IMG/VR virus record: IMGVR_UViG_3300035164_000375
Coordinates: 1-30,386 of that record
Length of the DNA stretch: 30,386 bases
Direction: 5' to 3' (one strand)
Source: a virus
Taxonomy: Duplodnaviria > Caudoviricetes
A model generated the notes under the pieces. It did not search any database and was not told the DNA's origin. It saw only the letters and a program-made list of their open reading frames with translations. Positions 24,972-30,386 of this stretch are shown here, one piece after another (within the stretch, counting starts at the first letter, position 1; each line of letters opens with the position of its first letter). Both the position numbers and the translations under genes were made by a program.

Positions 24972-25064
24972 GCAAACGATAATGCATTAAACAACGTTAC
25001 ATTTGTCGACTTTGGTCGTCTTAATGACTACGTTGTAAATGAGGATTTTGCCTTAGCGGCATAA
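24972..25064 (+). other. tmRNA tag reading frame ANDNALNNVTFVDFGRLNDYVVNEDFALAA*
   Basis: Resume codon GCA after ATAAAT; begins ANDN and ends ALAA. Confidence 0.9.
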
Positions 25065-25123
25065 TTACTCGGGGTTGGCAACTTACCTAGCAACAGAAAA
25101 GTTGCATTTCTTTGGGAGGTGAC

Positions 25124-25951
25124 ATGAGGTTAGGTGTTAGAAAAAGTAAACTTGCAATGGCCTACGCACAAAAAGTAATTGATGCACTTCCTTTTCCAGA
25201 AATAGAAATAGTGCCTATAGTCACCGAAGGCGATGTTAAAATAAACACATCAATACAGGAAATTGGTGGCAAGGGTGTGTTTGTTTCTAATATAGAAAAA
25301 CATTTACTAGAGAACACAATAGATATTGCTGTTCATTCATTTAAGGATTTACCTGGTGAAATGGACGACAGATTAGAAATAAGTGCAGTATTAGAAAGAA
25401 GTGATCCTAGAGATTGTTACATAGGAAAATTATTTCCTCATGCAAAAGTAGGCACAGGTTCACCAAGAAGGATAGCAGAGCTTGCCAAGAACTTCAAAGT
25501 AGATTTTGATATCCAACCTATTAGGGGTAACATAGATACACGTATTGCCAAATTAGACTCGGGAAACTACGATGCTATTATATTAGCAGTTGCAGGTTTA
25601 GAGGCTCTTGGTTTGGAAAATAGAATTACAAAAATACTTCCTTTAGATAAAATGCTTCCTTGTGTGGGTCAAGGAACTATAGCCATACAATGTAGAAAAG
25701 ATTCAAACTACCCTGCCATGATGAAAAGTGTTAATCATCTACCAACTTATTACAGTGTGATGGCTGAACGTGAAATGCTCATCACTTTAGGTGGTGATTG
25801 TCATACAGCAGTTGGAGTCATTTCTAGTCTAGTTGGAGACTGCATAATACTCAAAGCGATAAATTACAATACAAATAAACAACATGAAATTATAGGAAAA
25901 AGAACAGACTATCTAAAGTTAGGTAGAGAAATAGGTAAGTATATAAAGTGA
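25124..25951 (+). CDS. hemC: Hydroxymethylbilane synthase (porphobilinogen deaminase)
   Basis: Motifs RKSKLA, TEGD, GGKGVF, DIAVHSFKDLP, ERSDPRD, VGTGSPRR, IRGNIDTR and GQG; cofactor Cys in LGGDC. ATG 25124 with SD GGAGGT. Confidence 0.95.
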   Translation: MRLGVRKSKLAMAYAQKVIDALPFPEIEIVPIVTEGDVKINTSIQEIGGKGVFVSNIEKHLLENTIDIAVHSFKDLPGEMDDRLEISAVLERSDPRDCYIGKLFPHAKVGTGSPRRIAELAKNFKVDFDIQPIRGNIDTRIAKLDSGNYDAIILAVAGLEALGLENRITKILPLDKMLPCVGQGTIAIQCRKDSNYPAMMKSVNHLPTYYSVMAEREMLITLGGDCHTAVGVISSLVGDCIILKAINYNTNKQHEIIGKRTDYLKLGREIGKYIK

Positions 25952-26922
25952 ATACAAAGTTCAATAATGCCTGCAATAGAATACAACAAAATGTACCTCC
26001 CATATGGTTCATGCGTCAAGCAGGAAGATATCATTCACATTATAGAGATCTAAAAGAAAAATATACGTTTGAACAACTATGTAAAGAGCCTGAACTTGCA
26101 GGCGAAGTTGCTTTAGGACCAATACAAGAGTTTGACTATGATGTTGCTATTTTGTTTTCCGACATACTTTGGCCTTTAGAAGGTTTAGGATTGCCACTCC
26201 AGTTTAACCCAGGACCTAAATTTGGCAATTATATAAACTTAGACAATGCAGGCGAATTTAGTGATATAGACAAAGCAATTTCTTTTATGTCATTTCAACG
26301 TGATGCATTGCTTGTTACAAGAGCAATGCTACCTAAAGATAAAAGTATGATAGGTTTTGTTGGTGGTCCTTGGACATTAATGAATTATGCATGTGGTGAT
26401 AAGAATGTAACAGATAATTTTAAATTTGATTACATGAAATCTACTCTAATACCTTTACTATTAAAAAATATAGAACTGCAAATAAATGCTGGTGCAGAAA
26501 AGGTTATGATATTTGATAGCGGTTTAAAAAATATGTCAACTAAATTTTTTCATGAAAAGTATTCTCCTTTATTAATGTCAATGGCCATGCCACAAACTGC
26601 TTACTATAGCAAGAACTTACCTAGGAAGTGCATTAGTAAAGTAGTAGAAGGAGACTGGGGTGGCATAGGCGTAGATAGTAGACTAGAAATTACAGATGTT
26701 TTAGATAGTGTTGCTAACGGATTTGTGCAAGGAAATTTTGACGAACAAAAAATGCTATTACCTAAACACAATTTTATGTATGAAATAGAAAAGTATTGTG
26801 ATGATATAAAAAAGCATGATACTACAGGTTGGGTGTGTGGACTGGGACACGGAATAGATAAGACGACTCCGGAAGAACATGTTCATTTGTTCATTGAAAC
26901 TGTTCGTAATAGATTATCTTGA
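25948..26922 (+). CDS. hemE: Uroporphyrinogen decarboxylase
   Basis: Motifs PPIWFMRQAGRY, DVAILFSDIL, IGFVGGPWTL, IFDS, VQGNFD and LGHGI; GTGA overlap with hemC. Confidence 0.95.
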   Translation: MNTKFNNACNRIQQNVPPIWFMRQAGRYHSHYRDLKEKYTFEQLCKEPELAGEVALGPIQEFDYDVAILFSDILWPLEGLGLPLQFNPGPKFGNYINLDNAGEFSDIDKAISFMSFQRDALLVTRAMLPKDKSMIGFVGGPWTLMNYACGDKNVTDNFKFDYMKSTLIPLLLKNIELQINAGAEKVMIFDSGLKNMSTKFFHEKYSPLLMSMAMPQTAYYSKNLPRKCISKVVEGDWGGIGVDSRLEITDVLDSVANGFVQGNFDEQKMLLPKHNFMYEIEKYCDDIKKHDTTGWVCGLGHGIDKTTPEEHVHLFIETVRNRLS

Positions 26923-27048
26923 TCTTTTTTTACCCATGCCCATGTAATGTTCAGAAGGTTCGTAATTCCAACGCTTTCCGTGATGACCACGAATATCGGC
27001 ATACCACATTCTTAACTTTACAATAAACTTTCTTATACCTAAGCTCAT
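26914..27048 (-). CDS. Small basic protein (44 aa, MSLGIRKFIVKLRMWYADIRGHHGKRWNYEPSEHYMG...)
   Basis: Not in the ORF track; TAATG coupling with the upstream minus-strand gene. Confidence 0.6.
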   Translation of the reverse strand: MSLGIRKFIVKLRMWYADIRGHHGKRWNYEPSEHYMGMGKKRSR

Positions 27049-27251
27049 TATCTGTCCATTTTCTTTTTACGCCCTAAAGGTAATTTGATAACTTTGGTCA
27101 TTGCCTTGCCCTTCTTTCCAATCCATGTAACAACTGTTTCTGTAACCTTTGCACTGTTTTGAAAAGACTTAACTGCTCTTCTCCAGCCTAATGCTGTAAC
27201 CTCTTTAATCTCTTCACCATCTGTGAATTTGAATATTCTATTCTTTGGCAT
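27048..27251 (-). CDS. Small basic hypothetical protein (67 aa, MPKNRIFKF...)
   Basis: ATG at 27251 with SD AAGGA; minus-strand TAAATA at 27269-27274. Confidence 0.65.
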   Translation of the reverse strand: MPKNRIFKFTDGEEIKEVTALGWRRAVKSFQNSAKVTETVVTWIGKKGKAMTKVIKLPLGRKKKMDR

Positions 27252-27315
27252 AAATTTCCTTTTGGCTTTATTTATTAATATCCGATAAATATACGTATAT
27301 AATTTGGAGAATACG

Positions 27316-27459
27316 ATGGCAAAAATGTTCACTACTTCAGTTCATGAAACAACAAAGAAGAAGACTAGCATTGGAAACACTAAATCAATGACTAAAACAA
27401 GTTCTATGAATAAAAGTAAACGCAGAAGCTATAAAGTATATAGAGGACAAGGGAGATAA
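27316..27459 (+). CDS. Small basic protein ending YRGQGR (47 aa), a type seen in T4-like phages
   Basis: Not in the ORF track. TAAATA at 27286; SD GGAG; MNK..RR..K.YRGQG C-terminus. Confidence 0.7.
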   Translation: MAKMFTTSVHETTKKKTSIGNTKSMTKTSSMNKSKRRSYKVYRGQGR

Positions 27460-27461
27460 AG

Positions 27462-27656
27462 ATGGCAGATAGACCAGACGACCAGGGTAAGCTAGAAGTG
27501 GCGGTACGAATTTTAGGCAACGAATTAGTTGCATTTAAGATGACAGTAGATGATTTTAAAATGAAGTGGTTAATACTAGGAGTGGTAACTATTACAGCAT
27601 TAGGTTGGGCGGCAAGTTCATTTGGTCCTGAACTAATTAGTATGTTTGGAGAATAA
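27462..27656 (+). CDS. Small membrane protein (64 aa)
   Basis: SD GGAG; one C-terminal TM segment. Confidence 0.65.
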   Translation: MADRPDDQGKLEVAVRILGNELVAFKMTVDDFKMKWLILGVVTITALGWAASSFGPELISMFGE

Positions 27657-27657
27657 T

Positions 27658-28089
27658 ATGTACGAGTATAAAGCAAAGATTTTAAGAATAGTAGATGGCG
27701 ACACAGTAGATGTTGATATTGATTTAGGTTTTGGCATGTGGATGCACAAAGAGAGAGTACGTATTATGGGCATTGATACTCCTGAATCCAGAACTAGAGA
27801 TAAGATTGAAAAGAAGTTTGGATTGGCTAGTAAAAATAGACTTAAAGAACTTATGCCAATCGGTTCCAAACAAATACTAAAAACACAAATAGATAAATCA
27901 GGTGAAGATAAAAAAGGAAAGTTTGGTCGCATACTTGGCGACTTTGTGATCGATAAAGAATTTGTTACTCACATAATGATTAATGAAGGTTATGCAGTAA
28001 AATATAACGGCCAGAATAAAGATGAAGTAGAACAAGCACACTTAAATAATAGAGAACGTCTTATTAAAGAAGGTAAAGTCATATTATGA
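27658..28089 (+). CDS. Thermonuclease (SNase) family protein
   Basis: Motifs RIVDGDTV, RVRIMGIDTPE, GKFGRILG and EGYA; ATG 27658 with SD GGAG. Confidence 0.9.
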   Translation: MYEYKAKILRIVDGDTVDVDIDLGFGMWMHKERVRIMGIDTPESRTRDKIEKKFGLASKNRLKELMPIGSKQILKTQIDKSGEDKKGKFGRILGDFVIDKEFVTHIMINEGYAVKYNGQNKDEVEQAHLNNRERLIKEGKVIL

Positions 28090-28373
28090 ACACAGTAACG
28101 TTTATTTTCCTAGCAACACTATTTTATGTTGGACAGCCAGAAGTCAAGGAAAATTTGTTTAGCTATGCTCTTACTTTTACAAGTTATGAACAATGTGAAA
28201 CATTTTTTGATGACTACGGCGATAAATTGCTTAATGGAGTAATTGATCATGGTACCCAAACTTATGGACAAGAAGTAGGAATAGATTATTTTGCCTGTGC
28301 CAAGGTTGCAATAAATATGCAAATGCCAGGAGAGCCAGAAGTGCTAGGACAGAAGGTGATGTATCAAAGATGA
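28086..28373 (+). CDS. Small two-cysteine protein (family recurring in this window)
   Basis: Hydrophobic N-terminus; FTSYEQC...FAC. Confidence 0.65.
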   Translation: MNTVTFIFLATLFYVGQPEVKENLFSYALTFTSYEQCETFFDDYGDKLLNGVIDHGTQTYGQEVGIDYFACAKVAINMQMPGEPEVLGQKVMYQR

Positions 28374-28630
28374 AATGGTTCATAGTTGCCTTAATGGCTA
28401 CAATTCAACCAGACATGAGTAGAGATGTGTTTGTATTTTACAAACCTACATTTGATACAGTCAAGGAATGTGTAGCACATGTTCAAAAATATCCAAAACC
28501 TCTGATGTGGAAATTGGCACAAGAGTTTCCAAATGATAAATTGGATCAAATATTATGTGTACCAGAAGAGAATGTTAAAGAAATTATTCAACAAAGTATT
28601 CCAAAAGATAAAAATACATTAGATACTTAA
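28370..28630 (+). CDS. Small two-cysteine protein (family recurring in this window)
   Basis: Hydrophobic N-terminus; FDTVKEC...ILCVP. Confidence 0.65.
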   Translation: MKWFIVALMATIQPDMSRDVFVFYKPTFDTVKECVAHVQKYPKPLMWKLAQEFPNDKLDQILCVPEENVKEIIQQSIPKDKNTLDT

Positions 28631-28640
28631 CCAAAACTGG

Positions 28641-28669
28641 TTGACACAATACAACTCCTATATTATATT
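28641..28669 (+). promoter_or_regulatory. Sigma70-type promoter
   Basis: TTGACA-N17-TATATT. Confidence 0.6.
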
Positions 28670-28710
28670 GTAACTATTATGTTTATAAAAGATAGACTAG
28701 TAACAAGTAT

Positions 28711-28735
28711 AAGAGCTCTTTCGGGCTCTTTTTTT
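28711..28735 (+). terminator. Rho-independent terminator-like hairpin
   Basis: AAGAGCTC-TTTC-GGGCTCTT followed by TTTTT. Confidence 0.7.
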
Positions 28736-28750
28736 AATAAAGGAGGCACG

Positions 28751-29014
28751 ATGCCAATCAATAAAAACAAAGGCTCTACTTACTTTAGAGTAGGCACACA
28801 GAAACAACAAATCCTAGCAAGATACTGGGGTACTGGAAAAACTTTCACATTAGAGGGTTTGACAGACAAATTGGACGCAATGTCACCGGGTGCAAGAGTA
28901 CATGAAATCAGAGAAGCAGGTTTCAATGTAAAATCTAAACCAATTTACACTGGTGAAGTTGGAAGACCTGCCCTTGAATATTCAATTTCAAGAAGAAGAG
29001 TTTTTGATTATTAA
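28751..29014 (+). CDS. Small winged-helix-like DNA-binding protein (87 aa)
   Basis: ATG 28751 with SD AAGGAGG; SPGARVHEIREAGFNV resembles an HTH; GRP...Y. Confidence 0.6.
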   Translation: MPINKNKGSTYFRVGTQKQQILARYWGTGKTFTLEGLTDKLDAMSPGARVHEIREAGFNVKSKPIYTGEVGRPALEYSISRRRVFDY

Positions 29015-29023
29015 TCAAAACTC

Positions 29024-29052
29024 TTGACAAATTAATCAACTCCTGTTATTAT
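29024..29052 (+). promoter_or_regulatory. Sigma70-type (early) promoter
   Basis: TTGACA, 17-nt spacer containing a TGn extension, then TATTAT. Confidence 0.7.
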
Positions 29053-29081
29053 TAAACAATAACTAATAGCAGGAGTTTTTT

Positions 29082-29531
29082 ATGACAATGCACTTACAAC
29101 GTGGACTTACCACGTTAAACACAAAGAAACGTAAAGCATCCAAGAGAAAGCCTGACAGCTATTATATGGATGGTTGGCGTAAACAAAACAAATTTTACAA
29201 ACAGAAAAATCTTCCAACAATGACTTTGGATGAATATATAGATTATGTTCATGGTGTGTTCAAACCCAAGTCGCAACCAAGGGCAATACAAACACCTTGG
29301 CATCATGTAGATTCAACCTACAGAAGAGAAACTCCTAATGTTCCTAGTTCTAATAGTGAACATAGTTTTGCTCCAGCCATAAAGAAAGAGTCTTTGCAAT
29401 ACACAGGTGAGCGAAGGCTTGTTGGTATAGCAATGATGCACAAGAGTAATTTGGTTCCTGTTTTTGCTGACGATGACGACAAGACAGGTTCAAAACAAGC
29501 AACTGAAATAGCACAAATGAGGAGGAACTAA
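29082..29531 (+). CDS. Hypothetical phage protein (149 aa)
   Basis: SD AGGAG. The C-terminal YTG..L.GIA.MHKSNLVPV pattern is recalled from T4-like phage hypotheticals. Confidence 0.75.
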   Translation: MTMHLQRGLTTLNTKKRKASKRKPDSYYMDGWRKQNKFYKQKNLPTMTLDEYIDYVHGVFKPKSQPRAIQTPWHHVDSTYRRETPNVPSSNSEHSFAPAIKKESLQYTGERRLVGIAMMHKSNLVPVFADDDDKTGSKQATEIAQMRRN

Positions 29532-30151
29532 TGTCGGAGTATTACAAATTTGTTACAGCCATTAAATATAATATGGGATTGTTATTTAAATTTCTCTCAA
29601 TCCTGACTCTTGTGTTTGTGTGGGTGCCTATGTCATATGCCCAAGCAATAACTTTACAGAACGCAGTTGAGGGAGAATTATATACTGAGTCTACTCATCC
29701 AGAGCTATACTGTTTGGCAATGAATATTTATTTTGAAGCCAAATCAGAACCGGTAGCAGGTCAATATGCAGTGGCTGATGTTGTTTTGAATCGTGTAAAT
29801 GATGCGAGGTATCCGAACTCTATCTGCAAGGTTGTATTACAAGGACCTGTAAGAGAAAGTTGGAAAACAAAACAAGATCCTGACTTACCTGAAGACAAAC
29901 GTAAATTTAATCCTATTAAACACAAATGTCAATTTAGTTGGTATTGTGACGGCAAAGCTGATAAAATCCGAGACGGAGATGCTTGGCGTAAAGCACAGGA
30001 AATTGCATATCGCATTGTTTTTGAAGCCAAGTTTAGAGGAGTGACGGAAAGTGCTACCCACTATCATGCAACCTACGTAAGTCCAAAATGGGCACCTGAG
30101 TTGGATTTGGTAGGTAGGATAGGAACTCATATATTTTACAGATGGCCGTAA
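29531..30151 (+). CDS. Cell wall hydrolase, SleB / Hydrolase_2 family
   Basis: Motifs CLAMNIYFEAKSE, AVADVVLNRV, CQFSWYCDG, ATHYHA and IGTHIFY; N-terminal hydrophobic anchor or signal. Confidence 0.92.
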   Translation: MSEYYKFVTAIKYNMGLLFKFLSILTLVFVWVPMSYAQAITLQNAVEGELYTESTHPELYCLAMNIYFEAKSEPVAGQYAVADVVLNRVNDARYPNSICKVVLQGPVRESWKTKQDPDLPEDKRKFNPIKHKCQFSWYCDGKADKIRDGDAWRKAQEIAYRIVFEAKFRGVTESATHYHATYVSPKWAPELDLVGRIGTHIFYRWP

Positions 30152-30386
30152 AACTTTGGAAAAAGATTCCTCAACGTATTAGAACAATATTTTTGCTTTT
30201 ATTGTTTTGGGTCACTACGATTTCTGGTGCCTATGTCACAGGAACATACCAACCTAACAAATGGGTTGTGGCAGAGCTAACCAAAAAGACACAAAACAAA
30301 GTTCAAACTGAATGGGAAAACTACGGCTTCTATGAGCCGGATATGAACTACACAGATAATCAATCTTTTGTAAAAGCAGTCACTAA
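30142..30386 (+). CDS. Membrane-anchored protein, 3'-truncated by window edge
   Basis: ATG at 30142 overlapping the hydrolase end; MAVKLWKK...FLLLLFWV...; frame open to the window end. Confidence 0.6.
   Translation, partial: MAVKLWKKIPQRIRTIFLLLLFWVTTISGAYVTGTYQPNKWVVAELTKKTQNKVQTEWENYGFYEPDMNYTDNQSFVKAVT

Larger units (their letters stand above)
24608..25106 (+). ncRNA. ssrA: Circularly permuted two-piece tmRNA, alphaproteobacterial type (acceptor piece ~24608-24669; intervening segment 24670-24883; coding piece 24884-~25106)
   Basis: The 3' tRNA-like half comes first: T arm CTGGG-GGCGGTA-CCCAG, then CAGGTCC-A-CCA. The 5' half GGGCCTGAAATAGGATCGAC follows, giving G3.U70. Tag frame ATAAAT-GCA AAC GAT AAT...GCC TTA GCG GCA TAA. 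The 3' end GGGG...CCTAGCAACAGAA is typical of the alpha coding piece. Confidence 0.93.

Noticed and set aside
1-30386. Stop-codon reassignment (alternative genetic code)
   Set aside because: Known genes are full length under code 11, and TAA, TAG and TGA all terminate genes.
1-30386. Cellular (bacterial chromosome) origin suggested by prs, hemC, hemE, ssrA, cca and nrdAB
   Set aside because: Host-like genes are interleaved with virion-type genes, T4-like late promoters, a homing-endonuclease-like gene and many small phage-type ORFs, with no cellular operon context.

Overview
This 30.4-kb window is AT-rich, densely coded and almost entirely on the + strand. It reads as a segment of a large T4-like (myovirus-type) bacteriophage: TAAATA late promoters, sigma70-type early promoters, a virion/internal-head gene block, nrdAB plus glutaredoxin, an exonuclease, a GIY-YIG-like endonuclease and a SleB-type hydrolase. 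An alphaproteobacterial host is inferred from an alphaproteobacterial-type two-piece tmRNA. Host-like auxiliary genes are abundant: CCA-adding enzyme, pseudoazurin, PiT-like transporter, prs, lipase, NfuA-like protein, 2OG-Fe(II) oxygenase, Csp, hemC and hemE. The most notable observations are: (1) a class IIb aminoacyl-tRNA-synthetase catalytic core with no anticodon-binding domain, followed 5 nt later by a tRNA with an Asn (GTT) anticodon on a class II (Leu/Ser-like, long variable arm) body, a possible dedicated synthetase/tRNA pair; (2) a circularly permuted tmRNA whose intervening segment contains a complete protein gene closed by a 13-bp stem, with a 30-codon tag; (3) a probable -1 programmed frameshift (A_AAA_AAG) that adds 109 codons to an acidic head-type protein; (4) an NTase plus ligase-like fusion with apparent prohead-protease sites; (5) a structured leader RNA before a small-ORF/pseudoazurin operon; (6) apparent leaderless late mRNAs. 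All calls come from manual motif reading; no database searches were run.
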